Counted from the first letter of the stretch, positions 24,154 to 32,918 are shown. The stretch: DNA of 33,947 nucleotides from Candidatus Woesearchaeota archaeon (GCA_016185865.1 JACPMU010000044.1:1-33947); one strand, 5' to 3'. Notes: generated from the sequence alone by a model not told the origin. A program made the numbers and translations.

Positions 24154-25623
24154 ATGACCCAGCAAAAACCATTTTCAGTGACAGATGCTTATGGATCTAT
24201 GTTTGGAAGCAAAGTTGAAGAAACAGAAAACTTTTTGCCAAACATACTCCCGCTAAATCTGAATAAGCCCCTTATACAGTCAGTTATGGACAGGGCAAAA
24301 AGGGAAAATAAATGGGTGCTTGCATTTGTCATTGGAACAAAGCCGTGCTTCTATAAGTTTTATGGCTCTATTGTTGCTGCTAATAAGGCTAACATTCCAA
24401 ATTTCATAATAAACTCGAACCAGCATTACGATGATGTCTTGACAAGAGGATTAACAGAGTTCAATCTGCAGAATCAGGTGGCATCCAATCTTGCCATAAG
24501 GGGCGACTTGGCGCAGAAATCTGCGGAGTTATTGATGAAAGTAAGCTGGCTTGCGCGCTATCTGAAAAAAAAATGGCCGACTGTCACAGTTGTGCCTGTT
24601 GTGCTGGGCGACACAATAATGACTGCTATTGTGCCTGTTGCATGGATGTTTTCAAGGATTGAGAAAGCTGTGCAAGTAGAGGCTGGCTTGCGCTCAATGG
24701 CGCCTGAGGTTATGAAGCGCTACAAGGATGTCGATATTGAAACTTTCATTGACCAGCAATTTTACGGCAAATGGCTGCTGCTCAGAAATGAGCCATTCCC
24801 AGAGCAATGGGACACATACACTTCAGCCGCAGGAAGCGAGTATTTGTTTGCGCCAGTTAACCTAAACAAGGAGCACTTGATAAGAGAGGGCTATCCTGAA
24901 AAGAACATATGGGTTGTCGGGGGCGTAGTTGTTGACGCTCTTGAACTGAAGAGAAAAGAGAAGCCTGAAAAAAGTGTTTTTGATATCTATCCGCAGCTTG
25001 AAAAAGGAAGATGGCTGAGAGTAGATATACACAGGAGAGAAAATTTAACGCCAAGAAGGTTTAAGGCTATCATAGGCATCATTAGTGACTTGGTAAAAAA
25101 GGGATATAATGTCAATTTCATAGAGATGAGTGCTACAAGAAACGCCCTTGATTATTATAAAATGAGAAGCATAATAAGCAAACTGGGAAAATACAAAAAT
25201 TTCCTGCACACAAATGTTTGGCCGGAGTATGCGCATGTTGTTGAATTTTTTGATTCAAAAAATTGCTTAGCAGCCTTGACAGACTCTGGTGGCGTGCAGG
25301 AAGAGCTGAATTTAATCGGAAAAGCCTGCTTGACATGCAGGCTAAGCACCGACAGGCCAGAGACTGTATTCAATGCAAAAAGTAATATATTGGTGCCTCC
25401 GATAAGCAGCGAGTACATGATGAAGATAATAACCCACATAACCAAAAAAGAATCCATCCTCAAGGGTATGGAAAACGCCAAGGAATTATACGGCAGGAAT
25501 GCCGGCCATAGGATAATTTCCATTATTTCTAAGCTAATTGGCAAGGACGAGCGCCCGTTCAAATGGGCTCATGAAGCCCTTGGCTTATGGAGAGAAAAAT
25601 CTAAAGGCATTGAATATTTATGA
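24154..25623 (+). CDS. wecB: UDP-N-acetylglucosamine 2-epimerase-like (Epimerase_2 family), unusually long.
   Basis: VLAFVIGTKPCFYKF near the N-terminus and TDSGGVQEELNLIGKACLTCRLSTDRPETV (the DSGG..EE ... RPE signature). The track start 24133 is TTG; the first ATG is 24154. Confidence 0.65.
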   Translation: MTQQKPFSVTDAYGSMFGSKVEETENFLPNILPLNLNKPLIQSVMDRAKRENKWVLAFVIGTKPCFYKFYGSIVAANKANIPNFIINSNQHYDDVLTRGLTEFNLQNQVASNLAIRGDLAQKSAELLMKVSWLARYLKKKWPTVTVVPVVLGDTIMTAIVPVAWMFSRIEKAVQVEAGLRSMAPEVMKRYKDVDIETFIDQQFYGKWLLLRNEPFPEQWDTYTSAAGSEYLFAPVNLNKEHLIREGYPEKNIWVVGGVVVDALELKRKEKPEKSVFDIYPQLEKGRWLRVDIHRRENLTPRRFKAIIGIISDLVKKGYNVNFIEMSATRNALDYYKMRSIISKLGKYKNFLHTNVWPEYAHVVEFFDSKNCLAALTDSGGVQEELNLIGKACLTCRLSTDRPETVFNAKSNILVPPISSEYMMKIITHITKKESILKGMENAKELYGRNAGHRIISIISKLIGKDERPFKWAHEALGLWREKSKGIEYL

Positions 25624-25624
25624 A

Positions 25625-27871
25625 ATGGAAAAATTTAATACTCATATTGTCTTTATCGCCTCTATTTTTATATTGAGCTTGTTTTTCCTAAACAGCATTC
25701 TGCATGAAGGTGCTATACTGGACAATATCCACTACATTAATGACTTGACATTTCTTTCATATAATACAAAGGAATCGCTTAAAAATAATGAACTGCCTTT
25801 ATGGACTCCTTATTTTTATGCCGGGCACTCTATGCTGGCTATTCCAGAAAGTTATATGTTTGACTTGAATTTTTTATTCATTTATTTGTTCAGGAATATA
25901 TACCTGGCAATGAACCTTGCGCTTATCCTCTATTTTTTCTTGGCTGGCATAGGCATTTATATTTTGGTGTATAATCTTGCTGCCAATAAAAAAGCTGCTT
26001 TTATTTCTGCCATTATCTATATGTTCAACGGGTTTATGCATTCGTTTATCATACATGGGCACATAAACGTACTTGAAGGTTATGCTCTGCTTCCTTTTGT
26101 ATTCCTGTTTGTTTATAAGGCATTAAAAAGCAAGATGTGGATCTTTTATAGTATTCTGGCTGGAATTTGCTTCGCCCTTCAAATTCTGTCAGGCAGCATG
26201 ATATTCTTTTTTTACACTGCATTGCTGGTATTTTTTTATATGGCTTTCAGCTTAATCGGCAAAAGCTTCGCTAGCAGGCTTATAAAGGCAGGCTTTATAG
26301 GAATTGTTATAGTTGTTGTTGCATTGGGTGTTGCTGCCATAAAACTCCTGCCTGTCCTTGAATTTACAAAGCTGTCAAACAGGGCTGTTAATGTTTCCTT
26401 TGAAGAATTCTTAGGGCATCCTGTAAATCTTAAAGAGATAGCCAGAATCCTTGTCACAGATATCGGTTACGCTGACACTTCAGCTGCGGTGGGCATAATT
26501 GGAATGATTTTGCTAATTTGCTCGTTCCTGAACTATAAGAAAAAGATTATAGCTTTTTCCCTGATTCTTGTCGTTTTTTCCCTGTTATTCGCATCAGGCA
26601 CTTTTGTTGCGGATATAATGTATAAGATTCCAGGCTTTGACAAGCAAAGGCATATTGAAAGGGCACTGATGTTGTTTGCTTTTGCAGCTTCTATTTTGAT
26701 TGCCTATGGCTTTATTATCCTGTCTGAAAAACTAAGGAAATACACCGCTTATTTAAAATACGAGAATTTATTTTTTGCAGGAATAGTTTTTCTTATATTG
26801 CTGGAGCTGCTTTTTTTGCAGGATATTCCAAAGGGCATAAAGGTTACAGAGCCTGACGAGATAAAACTTCTTGATTACATAAGCAAGGATAATTCAATGC
26901 TAAGAACCATAAATCTTGCGCAAAAAGACATAATAGGATCTGCTGGATACAATTACTATGCACAAAAGGGAATTTCTGAGGTCAAAGGGGGAGGCGGCAT
27001 ATGGGTCAATGACTACGTAGCTTTTGTTGGCATCGCACAGCAGTCATTAAATTCAAAGATGTTGAGCGTGCTGAATGTCAAATACATTGTTTCTGACAAG
27101 ATGCTGGAAGCAGATAACCTATCACTTGTTGGAAAATTCAACGAGTGCAGAGAGTGTCCTGTGGGAAATGCTTTTGGCCCTTACCTTTTCAAAAATGAGC
27201 GCTTCTTGCCGCGATACCATGTTGTTCCAAATGCCATACTGGTTGTGGGGAGCAATTTACAGGTAAAGCAGCTTATCTACAATCTTATGTTTCTTAACTG
27301 GGAGCCAAAAAATGCTGTTATGATAGAGGGAACAAACATAAATGACTACAGCGTGGATTTTCTTGAAAAATTTAAAATTATATTCTTATTAAGGGATTCT
27401 GTAGATCAGAATGGCATTGGCAAATTGCGAGAGTATGTGAATAAAGGAGGCACAATTGTCCCTGATATTTTAAATGGAAAAAACAGTATTTCTGATGAGG
27501 AAATAACAGCAATGTTCAGTAAAATCGCTGGCAGCTATAAAGAGATAAATATCAGTGAGTATTCAAACAATAAAGTAGCTCTTAATTTAGACGGAGAAAC
27601 GGGATGGCTTGTTTTAGCCGAGAGGTTTGCATATTTTCCAGGATGGAGCGCGAAGATCAACGGGAGGGATGTTAAGGTATTAAATTCGGATAATGTGATA
27701 AGTTCTCTGTATTTAGACGGCGAAAAAGGAACTTTGACATTTGAATATAAGCCTGATTCCTACAGAAGAGGAAAATTGGCATCTTCTTTAGCTGTTGTTG
27801 CGATAGCTATCTATTTAGGCCGCTTGATTTATAAGAAGAAAATTAAGTCTGGTGATCAGCTTGAAGATTGA
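25625..27871 (+). CDS. YfhO-family polytopic membrane protein (GT-C-type glycosyltransferase).
   Basis: N-terminal ELPLWTPYFYAGHSMLAIPES motif, about 12 TM helices, a large C-terminal extracytoplasmic domain and a final TM anchor. ATG 25625 lies 2 nt after the preceding stop; the track start 25538 overlaps the upstream gene. Confidence 0.7.
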   Translation: MEKFNTHIVFIASIFILSLFFLNSILHEGAILDNIHYINDLTFLSYNTKESLKNNELPLWTPYFYAGHSMLAIPESYMFDLNFLFIYLFRNIYLAMNLALILYFFLAGIGIYILVYNLAANKKAAFISAIIYMFNGFMHSFIIHGHINVLEGYALLPFVFLFVYKALKSKMWIFYSILAGICFALQILSGSMIFFFYTALLVFFYMAFSLIGKSFASRLIKAGFIGIVIVVVALGVAAIKLLPVLEFTKLSNRAVNVSFEEFLGHPVNLKEIARILVTDIGYADTSAAVGIIGMILLICSFLNYKKKIIAFSLILVVFSLLFASGTFVADIMYKIPGFDKQRHIERALMLFAFAASILIAYGFIILSEKLRKYTAYLKYENLFFAGIVFLILLELLFLQDIPKGIKVTEPDEIKLLDYISKDNSMLRTINLAQKDIIGSAGYNYYAQKGISEVKGGGGIWVNDYVAFVGIAQQSLNSKMLSVLNVKYIVSDKMLEADNLSLVGKFNECRECPVGNAFGPYLFKNERFLPRYHVVPNAILVVGSNLQVKQLIYNLMFLNWEPKNAVMIEGTNINDYSVDFLEKFKIIFLLRDSVDQNGIGKLREYVNKGGTIVPDILNGKNSISDEEITAMFSKIAGSYKEINISEYSNNKVALNLDGETGWLVLAERFAYFPGWSAKINGRDVKVLNSDNVISSLYLDGEKGTLTFEYKPDSYRRGKLASSLAVVAIAIYLGRLIYKKKIKSGDQLED

Positions 27872-29498
27872 TTTGGAAAAAATTTTTCTGGCAATCTTTT
27901 TGTGTACTTTGTTGTTTATAGGACCCGGCATATTGTTCGATCATAAAATTAAGCATCAATTTCCATATGCCTATCTTGCGTCGGATGCCTTCCAGCACCA
28001 GGTAAGGGCAGAAGCTATTAAAGACGCAGGCAATTTCAGGTATGAGGCATTTTATATCTCAAAGGGCTATGACGATGCTATTGGCAGATACCCTCCTGTT
28101 TTGTACCATATTGCAGTAATTTACTCCTATTTGGGGAATTTTGAAGTTTATGATTCCATATACTTCATCACCTTCCTATTCAGTTGCTTTGGGATATTGG
28201 TTTTTTATTTAGTGATAAGAGCCTTCAACAAAAATATTGCAATATTGTCATTGCCTTTGTCATTGCTCATATTTTCAAAAACCCCTATGATTGGATTTGT
28301 CTGGGGTCATTGGCCTTTTTTGCTTGGTCAGTTCTTTTTAGTCGCATTATTCTGGGGATTTGCCAAAATTAGTTTGGAAAAATCCTTTCTTTTTATTGGG
28401 ATTTTTCTGGGCGCAGTTATCCTGTCCCATACTGCAAATTTAGTTTTTGCCTTATTTTTTGCATTTTTATTTTTGGTTATGCAGTTATTGAATAAAAATT
28501 TAAGTTGGGTACTGATAAGAAAAATAATATACATTTGCATTATAGCTTTTGTTCTAACAGTGTATTATTTGATAATTTTTAAAAATACATGGGTCATTAC
28601 ACAGCCTTATCAATTTGCACTGATGCCAGTTTGGAGCGATCCTGGGTTATATATACTGGATTTTAAGATTATTGCAGCCTTTATCTTTATAGGCGCAATT
28701 TTTTCCATGCTGTCGTTTAAAGCGGGTGCTAATACGGCAACTCTGGCGTCATTTTCGATGTTGTTGCTTGGGTTTGGCAATTATATTGGATTTGGCTGGA
28801 GAGCCTTTCAAATAAGGTTTCTATGGCCCATTTACCTTTCATTTTTCTTTGGTTTTGCGGCTTACAAAATATTAAGATTTTTTATTAAGAATTGGGGTAC
28901 AATTCACTCTGTGATTTTTGGTTTATTTTTCATTTTTCTGTTTGTCGGCGTCGTCAAAATGCCTTTTATCCTGCAGTATGAGAAGTTTTCAAATTCAGGC
29001 TTAATGGACGATTACCACTGGTCTGCCTTAAAATGGCTGAGCGGGAATGCAGAGCATGATTCAAAAATTTATTTTTTATATGGTGATATTTACAGCCAGG
29101 ATGCTTTGCTCAGAAACTCAAAAAGACTGCATTATCAGGTTGATCCTGATGATTTTGCAAAGGCGCTTCAGAACAAAAAACTCAAGAGGTATTACGTAAG
29201 CGAGCAGCCCGGCGATGGCGGCGGCGGGATTGCTGTAAGAAAGGGCTTGTTTAGGTTTGAATATCCCATTCAATCAAGGCCACCAGAAGATTTTTTTGGG
29301 CATCAGGATATTTGTAATTTTGACTATGTTGTTTTGGACAAAGTGTCGAGACAGCCTGTCCTAGCGCAGTATAATTTGATTATAGCGGCAGAATTATTGA
29401 AAAAAGAGTATATTAAACAGGTTTTTGAGAATGATGCAGTAATGATATTAAAAAATAAGAACATTGGAGATGATTGCATTGAAGAAAGAAGTTTTTAG
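27852..29498 (+). CDS. Polytopic membrane protein, GT-C-like, family not recognised (paralog of 30176..31792).
   Basis: 548 aa. First-loop DAFQH, then WGHWP and ILSHT motifs within a multi-TM domain, followed by a soluble C-terminal domain (DDYHWSALKWL...). GTG start at 27852; TTG 27873 is an alternative. Confidence 0.6.
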   Translation: MISLKIDLEKIFLAIFLCTLLFIGPGILFDHKIKHQFPYAYLASDAFQHQVRAEAIKDAGNFRYEAFYISKGYDDAIGRYPPVLYHIAVIYSYLGNFEVYDSIYFITFLFSCFGILVFYLVIRAFNKNIAILSLPLSLLIFSKTPMIGFVWGHWPFLLGQFFLVALFWGFAKISLEKSFLFIGIFLGAVILSHTANLVFALFFAFLFLVMQLLNKNLSWVLIRKIIYICIIAFVLTVYYLIIFKNTWVITQPYQFALMPVWSDPGLYILDFKIIAAFIFIGAIFSMLSFKAGANTATLASFSMLLLGFGNYIGFGWRAFQIRFLWPIYLSFFFGFAAYKILRFFIKNWGTIHSVIFGLFFIFLFVGVVKMPFILQYEKFSNSGLMDDYHWSALKWLSGNAEHDSKIYFLYGDIYSQDALLRNSKRLHYQVDPDDFAKALQNKKLKRYYVSEQPGDGGGGIAVRKGLFRFEYPIQSRPPEDFFGHQDICNFDYVVLDKVSRQPVLAQYNLIIAAELLKKEYIKQVFENDAVMILKNKNIGDDCIEERSF

Positions 29499-29841
29499 CT
29501 TGCTAAGAAGAGAGTTTCAGCGTATAGGGTTGTTATTTTTATTAGTTTTGGCTATTTTTAAAATTGCGTTTTTCAAGGAAAATTCACTTGTTTTGCTTAG
29601 AAGTGTTTTATCGATATTTTGGATATTTGTCCTGCCCGGATACTTTATAATGTTCTATTGGAAGGAAAAACTTGAGTTTATGGAAAGATTTGTAATAGGA
29701 ATTGCCTTGTCAGCCGGCATAACCGGGATATTCAGCTATTATCTTGGATTGATAGGCTTGAACATCAAGTACCATGCAGTTTTGTTGCCCTCTGTAATCA
29801 TTATAGCAGGATTTATCATATTAATCAAAAAGGCAGATTAA
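29464..29841 (+). CDS. Small 3-4 TM membrane protein (LPGY motif), partner of the upstream GT-C-like gene.
   Basis: 125 aa, hydrophobic. Homologous by eye to 29838..30179 (LR..., (V/S)LP(G/F)Y(F)IM, E...(F/L)(V/I)..., Y.LGL(I/L)). Confidence 0.55.
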   Translation: MEMIALKKEVFSLLRREFQRIGLLFLLVLAIFKIAFFKENSLVLLRSVLSIFWIFVLPGYFIMFYWKEKLEFMERFVIGIALSAGITGIFSYYLGLIGLNIKYHAVLLPSVIIIAGFIILIKKAD

Positions 29842-30179
29842 TTAATTTTTAATTTGTACTTTTTTAATGCGAATGCCATAAGCATAAGAGCCAAAAATGT
29901 GAGTATAATTGCTATCCTGAAAGATATCAAAAGCCCAAGAATGTAGACTAAAGAAGGAAATATTGTAAGTCCCAGCAAAATAGCAAAAATAAGTTTTTCA
30001 CTTTCGGAAATTTCAAATTTGCTAAGCATGATATAAAATGGAAGCGATATAAAAATAAGCCCAAAAATGATACGAAGCCCAGTTATGCCAAACAGCACAA
30101 ACGAGAAAACTATTATTGTTGAGAATACCAGTGACAAAAATACAACAAACATTTTGAACTCATCGCTCTTTGCTTTCAA
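29838..30179 (-). CDS. Small 3-4 TM membrane protein, paralog of 29464..29841.
   Basis: 113 aa. ATGA overlap with the upstream 30176..30949 ORF. Convergent with its paralog, sharing the overlapping-stop tetranucleotide TTAA at 29838..29841. Confidence 0.55.
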   Translation of the reverse strand: MKAKSDEFKMFVVFLSLVFSTIIVFSFVLFGITGLRIIFGLIFISLPFYIMLSKFEISESEKLIFAILLGLTIFPSLVYILGLLISFRIAIILTFLALMLMAFALKKYKLKIN

Positions 30180-30949
30180 GGTTTATACACCCTTATGTTA
30201 TCTTTGCCATAAGCCAATGAATGGTTGGCTAAAGCATTTTTTTCAAACAGCTGCATTTTATTAAAAGTTTCTTTGTCATTTAAGGGGCCCAGCATTGTGT
30301 AGTCCAGCATGATATACCAGTCCCTTGATTTCAAGATTTTGTCCTTGTCTTCACGCAGAAAGTAAAATCTGGTTACATGCTGCGACACTGCAGCAAACCA
30401 TCTGATCTTTTTTGACGTTACAGACAGCACATTGTCAGGAGTGTAAGGTATACCTAAAACTGTAATGTTAGCAGAGGCAGGAACATTTTCAAGAATCCAC
30501 TGCGCTGCTTGATATTCCTGCTCATTTAATGTGCCAAAAAAATCATTATAGGTATTTTTATTCAGTATTTTTGAAGCACTTGCCATATTTACTGATAATG
30601 CAAAATAAACAAAAATGGTAGCGACTCCATATTTCAAAAATTTATTATAGTTTGATGAAAGCTTTAGAAAAGAGCCTAGATAGACAGCTCCTATCGCCGT
30701 TAAGGGCGCAAATATGTGGGCGGTAGCTGACAATGATCTGTGCAAAAATGAAGCTTTTCCTATGAAGTCCCTATGAAGAACAAGGTACAAGCCTATAAGC
30801 CATGCCATTAAAAGCAAGTCCTTTTCTTCCCTTCGCAGCGCTATAAATAATGTGCCGAGCAGCAAAAATGGCAATGTCCACAAGCCATGCATCTCCTTGA
30901 AAGAGAAGTAGCTTGGAGGCACGCTCCCGGCAAAATCTTTTGGGTCCAT
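30176..30949 (-). CDS. C-terminal half of a GT-C-like membrane protein (paralog of the C-terminal half of 27852..29498).
   Basis: 257 aa: TM helices, then a soluble domain with EQEYQAAQWILENVPASANI, matching DDYHWSALKWLSGNAEHDSKI in the paralog. In frame with 30995..31792 and separated from it only by TAG plus 15 sense codons. Confidence 0.6.
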   Translation of the reverse strand: MDPKDFAGSVPPSYFSFKEMHGLWTLPFLLLGTLFIALRREEKDLLLMAWLIGLYLVLHRDFIGKASFLHRSLSATAHIFAPLTAIGAVYLGSFLKLSSNYNKFLKYGVATIFVYFALSVNMASASKILNKNTYNDFFGTLNEQEYQAAQWILENVPASANITVLGIPYTPDNVLSVTSKKIRWFAAVSQHVTRFYFLREDKDKILKSRDWYIMLDYTMLGPLNDKETFNKMQLFEKNALANHSLAYGKDNIRVYKP

Positions 30950-30994
30950 GGACCACTTAAGCAGCCTGGATAGGTCTATATTTTTTCGGGCCTG

Positions 30995-31792
30995 CTAATT
31001 GTCCTCAGTTTTTTTAATGCCAATCTCTGGAAAAATATTCAGCGTTTGATACGGAAATGCCATGAACATGGCTAAGAAGATTATTGCTGCTGTTAAAGTG
31101 TGCTTCCAATTAAAAACAAATTTTTTTTGTTTTAAAGACAAAAGAATGTAAAGTACTATCAGCCCGAAAACAGCATGGAAAAAAGAAAGCGGATGTATAA
31201 GAAAGGAGATACCCGAAAGCATGGCAGTCAGATAAAGATATAGCGGTTTATTATCATTATTTGAAAATTCTATAAAATACTTATAAAAACAATATAAAAT
31301 CAGAGGCACAAATGAGTATCCAAATCTCTCAGGCCATTGCCCCCAAAGGTACGGCATAAAATCCCTTGGTGAAAATATTATCAACAATGAAGAAAGAATG
31401 GCTGGCAAAAACCCGAATAATGAGTTTACAACAAAATACAGGGTTATTATAACAAATGTTGCCATTATTGTATTTAAAAGGAATATCGGCAAAAATCTGT
31501 CTCCCCCTAATATCTGCATAACTCCCAAAGAAGCGTGGAATGGAGGGGCATACCACAAAGTATGGGGTTTGAACTTATTATCGTAACCATACCTTAAGTC
31601 TATGTAAGGCGGCAAATATACGATTGATTTGTCATTAAACGCCATGTAGTCTCCAACTTCAAAATGCGACATCGCATCGTATTCTCCATAAGGTATTTTT
31701 CTTTCATGATAAGGCTGCGACCAGAAATAAATTGCAAATAGGTACACCAAAACGAAGATAAATGTTTGGATATAGTTTTTGCTTAATTTCAT
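30995..31792 (-). CDS. N-terminal half of a GT-C-like membrane protein (paralog of the N-terminal half of 27852..29498).
   Basis: 265 aa. The DAMSH, WGQWP and LIHPL motifs align with DAFQH, WGHWP and ILSHT of the plus-strand paralog. Ends at TAG 30995..30997. Confidence 0.6.
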   Translation of the reverse strand: MKLSKNYIQTFIFVLVYLFAIYFWSQPYHERKIPYGEYDAMSHFEVGDYMAFNDKSIVYLPPYIDLRYGYDNKFKPHTLWYAPPFHASLGVMQILGGDRFLPIFLLNTIMATFVIITLYFVVNSLFGFLPAILSSLLIIFSPRDFMPYLWGQWPERFGYSFVPLILYCFYKYFIEFSNNDNKPLYLYLTAMLSGISFLIHPLSFFHAVFGLIVLYILLSLKQKKFVFNWKHTLTAAIIFLAMFMAFPYQTLNIFPEIGIKKTEDN

Positions 31793-31898
31793 ATTGATAT
31801 GTCAAATAAACTGATTTATAAACATTTGTTATGGGCAGATAATCTAAACAGATATCAGACTGCATATTTTATCTATATCTAACTTATCTACCGCAACC

Positions 31899-31907
31899 TT
31901 TTTAAAT
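31899..31907 (+). promoter_or_regulatory. TATA box of the 5S rRNA gene.
   Basis: TTTTTAAAT centred about 27 nt upstream of the predicted 5S 5' end. Confidence 0.45.
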
Positions 31908-31927
31908 CATTTAATCCTACTTATTGC

Positions 31928-32072
31928 CTTGGACGGTCATAGGGGCTTGGTTCACCCGTTCCCATCCCGAAAGGATGTGCACCAAGCACTTTCCGGGTTC
32001 ACGGAAGTTAAGCAAGCCTCCGTTTCCAGCAGTACTGCACTTATGTGTGGGAACCTGGAAAAGCTGTCCACC
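31928..32072 (+). rRNA. 5S ribosomal RNA with a 28-nt insertion in loop C.
   Basis: GGACGGTCATAG...CACCCGTTCCCATCCCGAA[28 nt]CACGGAAGTTAAGC...AGTACTGCAC...GGGAAC...GCTGTCC. Helix I GGACGG/CTGTCC, helix II GGGGCTTG/CAAGCCTC and helix IV TTCCAG/CTGGAA all pair. Ends are approximate to +/-3 nt. Confidence 0.85.
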
Positions 32073-32073
32073 T

Positions 32074-32871
32074 TTATATTCTCTCCAAATCTTTTTTAGA
32101 ATGAATATGCACTTCTTTTTCAGAGCTTAAATGGCCGTTAAGCAGCCCTTTCTCAGCAAGCTCAGGAAAAACACTGAACTCAAGGCTGGCTCCTGAATAT
32201 TCGAAAATCTGCGGCTCTGCCACAAAGATAGGCGAAAACACAAGGTATATGTCCGATTTTTTAGGCTTTTGGGTGAAGGTAAGCACCTTGTTGCCCTCAA
32301 CTCTTACAGTCCCCTTTTCACTTGGCTTTGAAGATGTAGTAAGCATGATTGTTGCAATTGCATTCTGCTTTATGTGGTCATTCCACAGCTCTTCAATGTT
32401 TATCCTGTTAAAAATTATATCGCCATAAACAACAAGGAAATTGGAATTAATTTTTCCTTTAAGCAGCCTCAAAGAATCCGCAGTGCCACTGGATTGCTTT
32501 TCCTCTATGTAGCTTATTTTTACGCCATATTCTGTGCCGTCCTTCAGCATCTCAAACAATCTTGTCAATAAGCTGTGCCTTGCAACAATAAACACAGTCT
32601 TGAAATTGTTCTCCCTCAGCTTTTTCAAAGCCAATTCTATAACAGAATTGTTTTTTATCCTTGCAGTCGGTCTGTAGTCATCTTTTGAAATTCTCAAATG
32701 TCTGTCATTGCCGCCAAGAAGAATAACAGCTGCTTTGTTCTCCCCCAAAGCGTTCTTGGCAAGGTGCTCTATAGCTTGGCTTCTGTTGCGGATATAGACA
32801 TTGTCAACGATGGAGTCTATGTCCTGCAAAGTTTTCTCATTTATTGTTATTGAAATCTTGGTTTTAGGCAT
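32074..32871 (-). CDS. Ribbon-helix-helix (CopG-like) domain fused to a sugar-phosphate nucleotidyltransferase-like domain (second paralog).
   Basis: MPKTKISITINEKTLQDIDS....RNRSQAIEHLAKNAL, then ILLGGNDRHLRI (degenerate GGxGTRL), GTADSLRLL, VVYGDIIFN and FTQKPK. The track start 32997 is GTG and adds 42 residues with no counterpart in the paralog. The first ATG is 32871. Confidence 0.75.
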   Translation of the reverse strand: MPKTKISITINEKTLQDIDSIVDNVYIRNRSQAIEHLAKNALGENKAAVILLGGNDRHLRISKDDYRPTARIKNNSVIELALKKLRENNFKTVFIVARHSLLTRLFEMLKDGTEYGVKISYIEEKQSSGTADSLRLLKGKINSNFLVVYGDIIFNRINIEELWNDHIKQNAIATIMLTTSSKPSEKGTVRVEGNKVLTFTQKPKKSDIYLVFSPIFVAEPQIFEYSGASLEFSVFPELAEKGLLNGHLSSEKEVHIHSKKDLERI

Positions 32872-32918
32872 TTTATTGTTTTGTTGTATTGAATGTATTG
32901 GCGAGGCATTGCGATATG

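Noticed and set aside
24133-25624. Upstream alternative starts: TTG 24133 for the epimerase-like gene and ATG 25538 for the YfhO-like gene.
   Set aside because: ATG 24154 fits the TATA spacing. A start at 25538 would overlap the preceding gene by 86 nt and add a non-hydrophobic, non-conserved peptide, whereas ATG 25625 lies 2 nt after the upstream stop. The stop coordinates are unaffected.
30995-30997. TAG as a pyrrolysine or otherwise reassigned sense codon.
   Set aside because: TAG appears to terminate at least two other well-supported genes in the window (12634..12636, and 12633..12635 on the minus strand). No pyl genes or suppressor tRNA are visible here. Kept only as a low-probability alternative in the finding.
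3131-32072. The idea that the glycosylation cluster is a mobile genomic island bounded by the tRNA and the 5S rRNA gene.
   Set aside because: I saw no integrase, transposase or recombinase ORF. I noticed no direct repeat of the tRNA 3' end elsewhere in the window. Promoter style and composition look uniform across the window. Horizontal origin of individual modules (heptose, colitose) remains possible but needs phylogenetics.
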